Source: Octopus sinensis
Taxonomy: Eukaryota
Direction of reading: 5' to 3'
Length of the DNA stretch: 64,000 nucleotides
Assembly: GCF_006345805.1 (NCBI RefSeq)
Contig: NC_043008.1
Coordinates: 30,566,001 to 30,630,000 of the forward strand
Shown here: piece by piece, positions 42,581 through 56,092 of the stretch
Layout of the letters: each line of letters begins with the position of its first letter
Position numbering within the stretch: the first letter of the stretch is position 1
Position numbers and translations under genes: made by a program
Notes under the pieces: model-generated
What the model was told of the DNA's origin: nothing
The model's database searches: none
Seen by the model: only the letters and a program-made list of their open reading frames with translations

Positions 42581-42667
42581 CTGAGTAAAATAAATAACAT
42601 ATTTATAAACACCCACAGGAAAAAATGCCAAGCTGTGGCCACGCATAAACAGCACAAATATATGTGT

Positions 42668-42698
<31 letters not shown>

Positions 42699-42707
<9 letters not shown>

Positions 42708-42826
42708 AATAGTAAAAAGTGAAAAGACTACAGAATGCTTGTTTTAAAAGGTTAAAAAATATTTTTTTTTTAACCTTTTAAAACAAGCCTTCTGTAGTCT
42801 TTTCACTTTTTACTATTTTCTATATA
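42699..42826. repeat. Near-perfect ~128-bp palindrome (about 61-bp arms, 1 mismatch, ~5-nt loop)
   Basis: tatatagaaaatagtaaaaagtgaaaagactacagaatgcttgttttaaaaggttaaaaaa and its reverse complement; differs only at cagaaTgc/cagaaGgc. Confidence 0.95.
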
Positions 42827-42873
42827 TTCAACAACGTGCTTTCACAAACCAACTTTCTCATCTATATATATAT

Positions 42874-42921
<48 letters not shown>

Positions 42922-45319
42922 ATATCTATATATATATATATACCCATATATATATATATATATATATACCCATATATATATATACATACATACATACATA
43001 TATACATACATACATACGTACATGCATTCATACATACATGCATGCATACATACAAACATATATGTAAATAAACTGTGTAGATCATTTACATTGAATGAAT
43101 AGAAAATTTATAAAAAATATTTTACATCGGCCTCTTTCTCTGTCTTTTCTCTTTCTCTCTCTCTCTGTCTCTTTGTGTTCACCTACACACACATAAAAAT
43201 ATGCATGAATGTGTGCGTGTGCGTGCGTACGTGTTTGGGTGCGCGCGCGATGGTTTGTGTGTGTGTTTGGGTGATTATATGTGGGTGTATATTCATTTAT
43301 CACGTGGTAGAAATATTAAATATTTTATTACAAAACTAATGTCTTGGTACTGTTGATATAGGAACTAAATTCAACATGTAAAGCTGATTGAAACTCTGTA
43401 ATGAAACACGTCTAGTGCGACCAAAACAAATGTTACAAAATGAATAAATAAAGAAATGCAACCGGAAGAAAAATGAGAAACCGTTGAAGCAAAATGGCTC
43501 CCATTAGCTGACACTGTCATTTTCCTTTTCGCTTAGTTATAGTTTTCTTGCTACTATACTTATTCTTCACATTGTTATTATCGATTAGCTGGCGACGTAA
43601 ACTGTTGTTGTTATTAGTGTTATTGTATGTTCTTGTATGTTGTGTTATTATTGTATACTTTTATTTTATTTGTTGTTGATTTTTCGTCTCTGCTTTTCAT
43701 TGTATAATAGTTAAAACCTGATGGTTGATACATCAGGAGATACTGGTTGTGATAATATAGGTGATGTGATGTTTGTGGCGCCAACTGGAGGGGTGGGCGG
43801 AGATTATAAAAATGATGTTGGTGGTCACCCTTGTTGCCGTAGTCGTCATGATTTTTTAAAAGAATTATTTGTTAGAGAATGTGGAGATGTTGCATATTGT
43901 GCTCTGGTGCACTACTTCCCTTCATTCTGCTGCTGCTCTTCTAATATTCTTTCTAATGTTGTGTTGCGTTTCATGTTGCTGTGGTAGGATTACTTGTAAA
44001 TTATGTCGGTGTAGTCATTGTTATTTTATCATTATTCTGTTGAACATGGAGTTATTTAAAAAATTTTTTTAATTCAACCATTTATATTCCTTCTATCTGA
44101 CACTGTGTGGAGCAAGGAACATTTTCAGTTTGTCGTTGATAACGTTCTTTTAAAATGTGATAAAATTTTAATTTGTTATACGTGAAGTCCTCTTCTCTTT
44201 AAATTGCATCACACGCTTTTGTTTTACATTTTGGTTTATCTCTATTACACTGAAAATATATAAACTGTATCTATGCCAGGGTATCCATTGTCGGTGGTTC
44301 GTTTATTCTCCCTGATATTTGTATATTTCTTCGCTAAGGCACTTACCTCTTAGTCCATTTATCTTAGAGTATATAGTGTAGATGATGTAGTTCTTTACAG
44401 TAAACAACAATAACAATATAAAATCAGCAAGACATCCGTTGATTACAATATTGTGTTAAATTTTCCCTCGTGGAAAATATTATCAACTATAGCTTAGTTT
44501 TCTGTATTGACGATTTATCTTTGGTCTTTTTAATAGCTTCAGAAACAGAGGTAAACAGTGGTTGTGTGAATATAAGAGGTTTGAAAAGCGACATCTAAGT
44601 TAATTACACGACAAGCTATTGTTGCTCTTGCTATATAGCTTTAGAGGAATCTTGTTCAGCTGATCTATGACTTTAAGTTAGCTGGGTGAATAAGACGGTT
44701 TGTCAGACAGTCCAGCTGGTATCATCCGCCTCATTTCATATCTGACACAATGTGTATGTGTATGTCGTGGAATGAAACTAGTTGGTCGTCTCTTGATTTA
44801 GCTCTCTCCGGCTGATAAAATAAAAAGCAGGCGAATTTTCTCGATCGCTCTAATGAATGAAGACTTTCAAAGACAAAGCCTCATCTTAGTTGCATTCTAA
44901 CTACAGGAACCAGTAAAAAAATACATGCACACACACACATATATACATACAATTTTAAGACATTACCCAGTAATTTAAGCGAGATTCGGTTTCTACTTCC
45001 AACAAGTTAACTGACAACAGAAAGGCTCCCGTATAATCTGCATATTATTATTTCCATTGCTGTTTCTTTTTTCCGCTGTGTTTGATATGTCTTATTCGCC
45101 CATGTCTTCTAATATCCGTCTATGTTGTCCTACATTCACAATCTTACTGCTGTCGTTGTGTTTGCCTGTATTCTTTATGTATTATTGCACTCATGCCTTA
45201 TTCTCCTCTCCTTGTTTTACCGTATTACTATATATAACTCATTCGCTCTGTTTCGTTCGTTATGCCTTACTGTATTGTTTATGTATTAGTGAATTCGCTA
45301 TCTTATTACTTTTAGGTAC

Positions 45320-45507
45320 TCAAAGGCGGGCAAGATGCTTAGCATTCGCCCGTCACGTTCAAAGTTCAAATTCCGTGAGGTCGATTTTGCCTTTTATTCT
45401 TTCGAGACCGATAAAATAAGTACCAGTTGAGCAACGGGGTTGATGTAATCGACTTAGACAGACCCCTCTTCAAATTTGCTGGCTTTGTGCCAAAATTTTA
45501 AACCATT
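45320..45507 (+). mobile_element. Family-B SINE
   Basis: gcgggcaagatgcttagcattcgcccgtcacgttcaaagttcaaattccgtgaggtcgattttgccttttattctttcg...gtgccaaaattttaaacc. Confidence 0.85.
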
Positions 45508-45569
45508 ATTTTTAGGCAACCAATGTAGAAGACTCGCTAGAGTTTCGGTTTAGTTGTTTGACGGCTATA

Positions 45570-45680
45570 ATTTTTCAGTCACTTTGTTGAGTTCAGATCT
45601 CGCCGAGATCAACTGTGCATTTTATTCTTTCGGTGTCTATAAAGTACCAGACCCACACTGGAAGGAGGGGTCGATTCTTT
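45570..45680 (+). mobile_element. Family-B SINE, partial
   Basis: ttgagttcagatctcgccgagatcaactgtgcattttattctttcggtgtctataaagtaccag. Confidence 0.65.
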
Positions 45681-46169
45681 TCTTTTTATCTGTTTACCTT
45701 TCTTTTACTCCTCTGAAAGAGATTAATTGTTGTCAGACCAGGAATTGGATGGGCTACGTTAAAGTCAAAAATACTGCAGACACTACGTATGTAACGCCAT
45801 CCCCCACTATGATTCTAAAGAATTATTGCGCTCACTTAAATCCTTTTATCAAATTGACGAAATCTATATGGAGAGATGATAACATCAAAACATCTTACAT
45901 ACTAATACAGAGATTTTCAAATTAATTCAATACACCATTTAAAAAGCTTGCATTTATTTCACATTTATAAAAAAAAAACCATTTGTGGCTACTACCAGCA
46001 GTGGTGATCATGGGTTCTATGATAGTCATGATGGGAATGTGAATGGCGGGAATGAAGGCGGTAAACTCGTTTATATTATTTGACCTCGGATTATATCTGA
46101 TAGAGGTGATCTATAAAGAAAAGGTTTCTAGATGTGACTATCGAATCATTTTTTATGGGATCATTTTAT

Positions 46170-47024
46170 GTGGATGATAGAGATGACGGTGGCAGTAATT
46201 GTTGTTGTTGTTGTGGTGGTGGTGGTGGTAGTGGAGATGGTGGAGGTGATGGTTATGGTGTTAGTAGTTTGTGGTGGTGGTGGTGGTGGTGGTGGTGGTG
46301 GTAGTGGTGGTGGTGGTGTTGGTGGTGGTGGTGTTAGTGGTGGTGGTGGTGGTGGTGGTGGTGTGGTGGTGGTGGTGGTGGTGGTGGTGGTTGGTGGTGG
46401 TGTGGTGGTGGTGGTGGTGGTGGTTATATTCGTATTGATGTTAGAGATGGTTATTATGGAGCAATGTTAGAAATTGATAATGGTTGTTTGGTGATATGGT
46501 GGTGCCTCTCTTGGTTGTAGTGCCGATAGTGGTATTGCAATGGATATATTAATGTTTCAGTTGCTGATGATAGTGATAGTTAATGGCAGCAGTTGTTGAA
46601 ATGGCTATAGTTAATTGTGGTAGTTGTAGTAATAGAAATAGTAAATGATGGTGGGAGTGATGGTGGGGGTGCGGATAAGAGATGCTGGTTAAGGATATTA
46701 TTTTTGTTTTTGTTTGGCTGTTGTTATTGTGGTGGTTGCGGTGGTAATGGTGACGGCGCTGGGTATGGAGGTAGAGGCCGTAATAGTCGAGGTGGTGGTG
46801 GTGGTGGTGGTGGTGGTGGTGGCTAAATTGACAGACTAATAATTTCCATCATTTCTAAGTGATGCTCTAATTGTTGACATTTTCATGTTATTTACACTGT
46901 GATGTTGCTGACATTTTCGTGTTATTTATATTGTTTTGTTATTGACATTAATAGAAAAAAAATTGAGAGGAGGAGAAGGAACGGCAGGATCAGGAAGGGT
47001 ATTATAGCGATGATGATGATGATA

Positions 47025-47089
<65 letters not shown>

Positions 47090-47880
47090 GGTGGTGATGA
47101 TGATAATTACGATGTAGATGATGAAAATTATGATGATGAATACTGTATTATTAATTAGATATCTTATTACTTTTTTCGTTGAGGTTATCACAAGTTTGTT
47201 GTATAGGCGTTTTTTTTTTTATTTCACTGAGGTACGGCATTATCATCGTTATCGTCATCACCCTCATCGTCGTCGGTTCATCATTTTGTCTGTTATTGTT
47301 GTTGCTTTTGTCGTTGGTTTTGTTATTACCATCATCATCATCATCATCATTTTGTTATTGCTGATGCTACTGATGCGTCTATTACTGTTACTGACGATGA
47401 CAACTACGACGATGATGACGATGATCACGAGAACGACGACGATGATGACGATGCTGCAATTATAATTATACATGCATTTCGTTTTTGGTCATATTTATCT
47501 AATATTGGTGTAGCAATTACTTCAGTAGTAATTGCATTATATAGTTATTGTTATTGCTGCTTTCGGGAGGTTTTGCAGTTGTTGTTGTAGAGACTGAAAA
47601 ACATTATTGATGTTGTTATAGTTAGCTTTGCTGTTGCTGGCTCGATTCTATTTGCTTTCATTAGAGAGATTGTGGATGCTTATTTCTTCTGGTTTATATT
47701 GCTGTTGCTACTATTTAGGGTGAAGGTGATGATGATGATGATGATGAGGATGAGGATGAGAAGGAGGTGGAGTATGAGGAGGAGGAGGAGGTGGAGGAGG
47801 TGGAGGAGGTGGAGGAGGAGGAGGAGGAGGAGGAGGAGAAAGATGAGAAGAATTAGGAAGAAGAGGAAGAGAAGGCGTTT
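46170..47880. repeat. Low-complexity triplet tract ((GGT)n, (GAT)n, (GAG)n, (CAT)n)
   Basis: Seen directly. Confidence 0.9.
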
Positions 47881-49639
47881 TTGTTATTATCGTTTAATTT
47901 TTCCTAATATTTGTAAATAATACAAATTCCGCGGTAAAACACACCTCCAGCTCTCGCCTTCACTTGTATCGCCTTCGTCTCCTCTTTTACCGGCTCAGCT
48001 GCTGCATAGAATTATCGCGGGAATTATATATTTAATTTTTTACCCAGGTGACAATACCGTGTGTCGAGAGAAATATAGACCGATCTCCTCTATTTCATTA
48101 TCATATCTCAATTATAATTTTGAGCATACGTGGCAGCTAAAAGTCATAGTGTTCCTAGAATAAGCCTGCTCCGATGAATTCTTTGCTATGTGAATACTTG
48201 AACTCTGAGTTATAAGTTAATGAATCTGAAAGCTTCTGTGAATTTAGAGTTTTATTACTGTTTCTAATTATGAATATAAGACTTTTCATTAATGTGAAGT
48301 GAGTTGTTGAGAGGTATGTGTGGTGGTTAGGAATTCACGTGATACAAACCGATATATTTTCGATCATGAGGCTGACACTTGCTCAACTCGATCAGCAGCA
48401 ACACGCAGTGTGCTACTAATAACTAACCATAAATACAACAGAGCGATTAATTCTTCAACGAATGTTTGAATCGATAAGTCGGAAATATATTTACGGCGTT
48501 CTAGACACCCAGATATAATAATGAATAAGTGATAATAAATGGTAATAATAAATGGCAATAACGACATTGTTGATGTGATGTAAAATAAGAATGATTTCCT
48601 TCAAAACTATACAGCAACTGTGACTAAATTCGTTGCTGTTTAAATAGACCAACTAACTCTTAAAAGTTTTCGCTACGATCTAAGAAACTGGTTCACAAAT
48701 GCAATATCTGATTACATCCGACGTTGCGAAACTTTACTAATTATTAAAGCTACTTTCAGGAAACACTTTCTTTAAATTAGTCACGCTAATAAAAACTCTT
48801 TGCCGTTTCCTTCTTAATCTATTTCAAAATTTCTAGTCCTTTTCCTTTCTTTCTCTTAATCTTTTTCCAGTGATTGGAATTTAGATGGGCGATTTTAAAT
48901 ATCTGTATAGGAAACAGAGCAAAAACTCGGTATTCTCCGACCGATTCTTGATAAATCATCAATTTTAACTTGATGTTTAGTAATCTCTTTCCTTCTCTCT
49001 CTGACCGTACGTCTTCATTGAAATGACATTTTGGAATTAATCTCTGCAGTGTATTAGAATTTAAAATCATTATTAACTTTCGCATTACTGATATTTTCCT
49101 TGTTCCATATCAAACGATCGATTGCCATAACTCGTTTCTGATTACTCACCGAGGAAGCATTTTCGTTTCTGCTTTACTGCGTTTCTTACGTAATGCCAAG
49201 ACAAGATAAAAATAGTTCAAGACCGACGAAAGAAAAGAAATAGAACATTGATACAATACGATCTAACTGATTTGCTTGAAACAAATATTACCTTTTAAAT
49301 GTTCAAGCATAATATAGTTATATAGGTGATGGTCTTTCTATAAACACTTACAGCTAGGGTTGTATTATTTTGATGGAATTTAAAAAGAAGCTGCTGAACA
49401 CAGTACTAGTTTCAATATAACTAATCCTATTGTCATAGTTACAACAAATAAGCATTCCTTGTAATGAAATGTAATGTCAATATAAACAGAACGATCGCTA
49501 TAACAGATTAATCAATAGATACAGATGAATGGATGCAAATGTAGAAACATGCACACACACAACTACATAGATAGATAAACAGAAAGAGAGAGAGATACAT
49601 ACATACATACATTCATATATACGTACATAGACAGATATG

Positions 49640-49755
49640 TAGGTAGATGGGTAGGTAGGTAGGTAGGTAGGTAGGTAGGTAGGTAGGTAGGTAGTTAGGT
49701 AGGTAGGTAGGCAGGCAGGCAAGCAGGCAGGCAAGTAGGTAGGTAGGTAGGTAGA
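49640..49755. repeat. (GGTA)n/(GGCA)n tetranucleotide repeat
   Basis: Seen directly. Confidence 0.95.
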
Positions 49756-51109
49756 GAGAGAGAGAAGTGGCCTGAACTCTTTACATGAACACCACCCTGT
49801 ACTTAACTCCATACCCCCCTACATGGCCTTGCTATTTGCTTTTGAGCCAAATCAACTAACTAACTAACTAACAAACAAACATCTAAGATCTATCTCTGAC
49901 TGCATGGCAGTGCCTGTGATAAGTTGGGCTATAGAATAAAAATGTTTACAATATTTACATCCCTAATTTTACTCTTCAGATAATCTTTTGATTTATTTAC
50001 GCCATCTATTTTAAATTTTTTAATTACAACCCTTTATTTGTTTATGTATGTGCGTGCATTCTCTTTATAATTGTATCGGAAATAATCTAACTAATATATA
50101 AAATACATAACTGTACTAACTCTATATTAGTTTCATAAATAAAGCTTTTCAATTTACAAAGATGAAACGTCGTAGCGTCATTCTACGGAAATTATAAGCG
50201 TTAATGGTAGTTGCATAACAGAAACTTAGACCAGAAACGATTTGAAACAGTAAATCACACTTTAGATAGCTTCCCAAATATACATCACTTAGCTTCATTT
50301 ATATTTATGTTATCGCTACAGTTTTTCAGAGATTACGTCATTGTGTTATGGTTTTCATTTCGACTATATCATTTAGCTATTTGTGCTTGTTTATATCAAA
50401 CAAAAATAAAACTAATAATTATTAGAAAAAATTTTTTATTTCTTTTTTGTTATCTCTGTAATTTTCTTTAAAATAAAGACCAGGTGTTGTTGCTAAACAT
50501 CAAGTCATTTCAGATTGAGCATAGATTAGGGAATTCAATCTATACCTTCTCATCTCTAGTAACTTAAGAGAAGTACTTTCTAAAACGGAAGGGTACATTT
50601 ATTGGGTAAACATTTTAACCTGGGTTCAACTTCGACAGTCGATCAACAATTAGAACGTAGAGGGAGTTTGAAAACCAACTGAGAGAAAGGACTCAGAAAG
50701 GCAAGTGGCATGCATTTGACCAACAAATGAGTGTATTGAATAAGATAAACATAAAGCAATCATTTAGTGAAATGAAATTCCCTTGACTTGCAGAGGGTTT
50801 AGCCAAAATGCTTTATAGTAATTGGTACTAACGCCAAATGCGGAAGGGGCGATAATCTCGGGAATCAATATTACTTTATGATCAATGACCCATTTAGGAA
50901 CAGATAGTCTATTTGTCTAAAGGCACGAGCAAAACTGCGGACATGTGTTTCTGCCTTAACATGCGTCACATGTACTTCAACTGCCTAGAAATTTGTATGA
51001 TCTATTCATCAAGAAATGTATCTGTGTGTGTGTGTCTGAGTTTGTGTATATGCGCGCGCATTTGTGTGTGTTTATGTATGTGTGTCTGTATGTATGTAGA
51101 CATATACAT

Positions 51110-51215
51110 ATATACGACGGGCTTTCAAACAGTTTCCATCTGACGAATTCACAAACAAACCATTACTCGGATCATTGCGATAGAGGATACTTGCCTTGGG
51201 TGTCACACTGTGTGA
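51110..51215 (-). mobile_element. Family-A SINE fragment
   Basis: tatacgacgggctttcaaacagtttccatctgacgaattcac...gatagaggatacttgccttgggtgtcacactgtg. Confidence 0.7.
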
Positions 51216-52063
51216 CCAGCAAATCCTCATCTTCAAGAATTATGTAGCACAATCCACTACAAAATGTTAGGCTATTTTTATAAAAATGATTTGGCAACCA
51301 TGTTCAAACTAAACTTGGATGATGAGGTCTAATAATATCAAAATTTGTCTGGTTTCATCATAGTACCACGATCTGTCTCCGTTCACATTCTATTTCACTG
51401 TTTTTATTCACTAATTTTATTCATCAAAATTTCAAGTTGTATCCCTCACCTTTCTACAAAAGCTAACGACATATTCTTTCTCCTTAACAAGAATGCCATC
51501 TGAATTAATCATTATTTCCTCGTTGCCTCCTACGTTAACAATCCTTACACTACCCTTAGTATGAAATTTTTATGTTATTTGTGACACCAGTTATTATACT
51601 TTTGCTCTCATTTCTTTTTATTACTCCCGATGCTGGAGATGATTTTGTAATTGTTATTATGGTCTAAGTTCTTATAAGTGAGTTTATATTATAGATAGAA
51701 AGAATACAGGTAAATTCATTTCTTACAAGGATTGTTGTTTGGAATCTTATTGGAAGAAGTTATGATTGTTAGGACTGTTCTTGTACTTGTGTTTATCGTC
51801 CGAAAATATGTTTACCAATAACGTAGTTAGTGTAATTGTTGTTGAATGGTGACTGCTTTATACAAGAGATATCTTTTGAAAGATTACAGCTCAATATCAA
51901 ACTGATTAGTATGCTTTTAAGTTGGATATTAAAAGAATTATACAAATACACAAACCAACACACAATGACGCAGATACGCACATATATACGTATATATGTA
52001 TACTTGTAATAAACATTCACACATATATCTAAGTATATATATACGTGCATGTATGTTTGTGTC

Positions 52064-52111
<48 letters not shown>

Positions 52112-52261
52112 GGTATGTATCTATATTTTTACACAATTGGAGAAAAACTGATGAAAATATCCAGAAATTGCGGGAGAGCATACTTAGTCGACGGTATTCC
52201 CAATACTTCTATATGTTAAGATTCATTGTAGCATCAACCTCATTTGTTGTTAGTTAGGTCA

Positions 52262-52297
<36 letters not shown>

Positions 52298-52936
52298 ACA
52301 TACATATCTACAGAGGAAAATATTTAGCTTTAAATCTCTGAACGAGAAGTAAGTAGTAACAATACTACATAATAAAATATATTTGCCAACGTAAATTGGC
52401 AATCTTGGTTAGGGCGATGTTACTAACGTTTTTAGCCCCAGGAAAACATCTTTTTCAGCTAGCTACCGACGCAAAACTGCGTCCTTACACCTCGAACAAG
52501 GGAGCTAATGTCCCCACTGAGCCTTAAACGGTACGCTCGGACCATGGTCTCCGGGTTATTAACTAGGCCTTTCTCGAGCGATATCCTTTTTTTAAGTGAC
52601 ACACAGTTACTGATTTCGTAAAGAGGAAAACATTCAATTTTAAATCTCTGAACGAGAAATATGTATGTGTGTGCTGTGCGCGCGCGCGCTTTTGTGTGTG
52701 TGTAATTATATATGTGTATATATGTATGTATATGTATATAAACACACACACGCACAGAATACATCACGTTTCGCTATTTTCTGATTTAAGTACTTTTCAC
52801 GTATCTTTTTTATATAATAAATACATGAAAAATAAAGCGCCAACATATGTAGACAATCGTCCCCAGTATAACCGCAGCCCAATGCCGGAAAGAGTTTTCA
52901 TACATACATGTATGTATATATATATGTGTGTGTGTG

Positions 52937-52973
<37 letters not shown>

Positions 52974-53039
52974 ACACACACGCACACATACATATATATA
53001 TATATACACACACACACATATATATATATATATAGTGAT

Positions 53040-53395
53040 GTGATTCTGGGTTCAGTGCGTGGCACCTTCTATTATAGCCTACTATATTCACGGCCCACTA
53101 AATCTTTGCGAGTGGATTTGGTTAACAGAAATATGTGTAAGTATGTGAGTGAATGTGTGTGTGTGTCTGTGCGTGCCCGTGTGTGCTTGTGTTTGTATCT
53201 GTTTGACGACTGATGTTGATCTGTCTACGTCCCCATAAGTTAGTTGATCCCCAAAAGTCACTGATAGTATAAGTACCAGGCACTAAAATAATGAGTACTG
53301 GGGGTTGATTCGTTCGACTAAAATTCTTTTCTTCAAGTCCGTTGCAAGTCATGGCCTCAGTCTGATGACCGAAACAAGTAAATGATTTAAAGAAT
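53040..53395 (+). mobile_element. Family-A SINE, 5'-truncated with 3' part
   Basis: ctgggttcagtgcgtggcaccttctattatagcc...agtataagtaccagg...ggggttgattcgttcgactaaaattcttttcttcaag...atggcctcagtctgatgaccgaaacaagtaaa. Confidence 0.7.
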
Positions 53396-53404
53396 GTCAC
53401 GCCC

Positions 53405-53760
53405 CCTCCTTTTTGCTTCAACTCAGGGACACCGACAGTACGTACTATTTGATACCACTTCTCTGTTTTTCTCTTTCTCTCTCTCTCTACTCTCTCACAT
53501 TCCCTCTCTTCTTTCCGTCTATTTTTTCTCCCTCACCACGTTACTTTTTCTGTCTACCACTTTCACTTTTCTATTCCCCTCTCTCTTGTTCTGCGCACCC
53601 CTCATTCCCTGTTTCTACGTCTCGTCCGTCTCCATCTGTACCCTTTTCCCCATTACTCTGCATTTCTATCGACACTTCACTTCCTATTTTCTCTGTCTCC
53701 CCCTCCTTTCTTGGTACCATTTGGCCGTCCTGATTCTCCTTTCTCCGTTTCTTTGAGTAC
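53405..53760. repeat. Pyrimidine-rich (CT) tract
   Basis: Strong C/T strand bias over ~350 bp. Confidence 0.8.
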
Positions 53761-53841
53761 TTGATCGCTGGCCCGTTCAGTCTTGCTCCCTTGGATTCCC
53801 ACCTAGTAATTTTATAAGTCCTACTCTATCACATTTAGATG

Positions 53842-53881
<40 letters not shown>

Positions 53882-53887
53882 AGAGAG

Positions 53888-53976
<89 letters not shown>

Positions 53977-54006
53977 TGTTTCTTTATTAGCCACACAGGG
54001 CTGCAC

Positions 54007-54077
<71 letters not shown>
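53888..54077. repeat. (GATA)n array interrupted by a 33-bp unique insert
   Basis: Seen directly; insert at 53978-54010. Confidence 0.95.
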
Positions 54078-54078
<1 letters not shown>

Positions 54079-54420
54079 GCGCAGGAGCGGCTGTTTAGTA
54101 AGTAGCTTGCTTACCAACCACATGGTTCCAGGTCCAGTCCCACTGTGTGACACCTTGGGCAAGTGTCTTCTACTATAGCCTCGGGCCAACCAAAGTATTG
54201 TGAGTGGATTTGGTGGACAGAAACTGCAGCGAAAAGGCCGCTGTATATGTATATGTGTGTATGTATATATATATAAGGGCAAAGCTTGCTTCCCAACTAC
54301 ATGGTTCAGAGTTCAGTCCCACTGCGTGACTTCGTCAAGTGTCTTCTGTTATAGCCTCAGGCCGACCAGATCCTTGTGTGTGGATATGGTGGATGGGCAC
54401 TGAAAGAAGCCTGTCGTATA
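54078..54420 (+). mobile_element. Two tandem family-A SINE 5' halves (54078-54250, 54280-54420)
   Basis: ggcgcaggagcggctgtttagtaagtagcttgcttaccaaccacatggttccaggtccagtcccactgtgtgacaccttgggcaagtg..., then catggttcagagttcagtcccactgcgtgacttcgtcaagtgtcttctg... Confidence 0.85.
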
Positions 54421-54588
54421 TATTTATACACCCTTGTGTAAGCGTGCTTGCAGCCTGGTTAATTAGCGGTTCGGGTATATATATATATAAACCCTCCTTC
54501 CCTTCTTTCCTGAGCGTCAAATAATACTTTAATTGTTCCACGTCCTCGCGTTGCTGTGTTTTCTTGTTTGGATTAACTATATATATAT

Positions 54589-54633
<45 letters not shown>

Positions 54634-54773
54634 GTGTACATTTAACATTGCCTGTTGTTGATACTTTCTCTTTGTGTTTAAATGTACACTATTTTATATT
54701 GAATAATATGTCGTCTATTGACTTTTTATGCATGCTAGGCCACTGGTAGTAAATTTGCAAAAATTTAGTACCC

Positions 54774-54849
<76 letters not shown>

Positions 54850-54854
<5 letters not shown>

Positions 54855-55050
54855 CCTCACCACACCGCTTGACATACACAGTATTGGTTTCTTTACGTAT
54901 CCGTAAATCTGCAGTTCGGCACAAAAAAAGAACAGACAGAATAAGTAACAGACTTTAAAGAAACTAAATATTAGGATTGACTTGTTCAAATAATCCCTTC
55001 AAGGCGGTGCCCTAGCATGGGCACAACCATAACTGAAACTACTAAAAGAT
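54850..55050 (+). mobile_element. Family-A SINE 3' half
   Basis: caccgcttgaca...cagaataagtaacagactttaaag...cccttcaaggcggtgccctagcatgg; matches the 3' half of 57806-58190. Confidence 0.7.
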
Positions 55051-55105
55051 AACATATATGTGCGTGTAGGTGGGTGGGTGATTACATACATGCATATATA
55101 TATAT

Positions 55106-55153
<48 letters not shown>

Positions 55154-56033
55154 ACACATATACACATACATATTGATATATATATATATATATATATTTG
55201 ACATTCTATAAAACATTGTTTATACTCAAAAAATTGCATTGAATATCACAAATTATGATATGATTTTTATTCATATAATTTTTAAAGTAGAAACTTAGAA
55301 GTTTCCTGTTGGTGCTGTTGTAGTTGTTACTATTGTTGCCGTCATCGTTGTTGTCGTTACACTTGTTGTTGTCCTTGTTAAGTCTCAGAGATGTTTTACT
55401 TCTCTTTGTGAAGTCTAACAACAAGTTTTCACGAATGTTGTTTAGAGTAAAATGTGATTTCAAAAGAAGAAAATTTGTTGACGTCAGATCTATAACCAAA
55501 ATAGCTTTACTTTAAATTCTGTACTTTTGTTTTGTTTTATTTATTTTATCATTTACCAACTTATTTCTTCTTCCTAATACTACTAATATCACTACAACAG
55601 CTACAACTATTACTACTCTTTATTATTATTATTATATTATTATTATTATTATTATTATTACATTTACATGCACATATATACACATACTTATACATCTATA
55701 GAGCTAATTTAATTTATACATATGTATATCTATCTATCTCACTCACTGTCTCTGTCTCTGTCTCTCTCTGTATATATATCATTTATATGTACACAGATAG
55801 ATAGATAGACAAATATATATAGAGAGAGAGTGGTAATAGATAGATAAATACATACATACATAAATACATGCATACATCCATGCATACAAATATATATATA
55901 TGCACACACACACACGCACACACGTATGTCGTGCGTTCAGGCACACTCAGTCACACACACATACATACACCAACATGCACATATGCTGAAAAATATGTTC
56001 TTGCGTGTGTTTGCGTGTATTATGCATGCCTAC

Positions 56034-56092
<59 letters not shown>

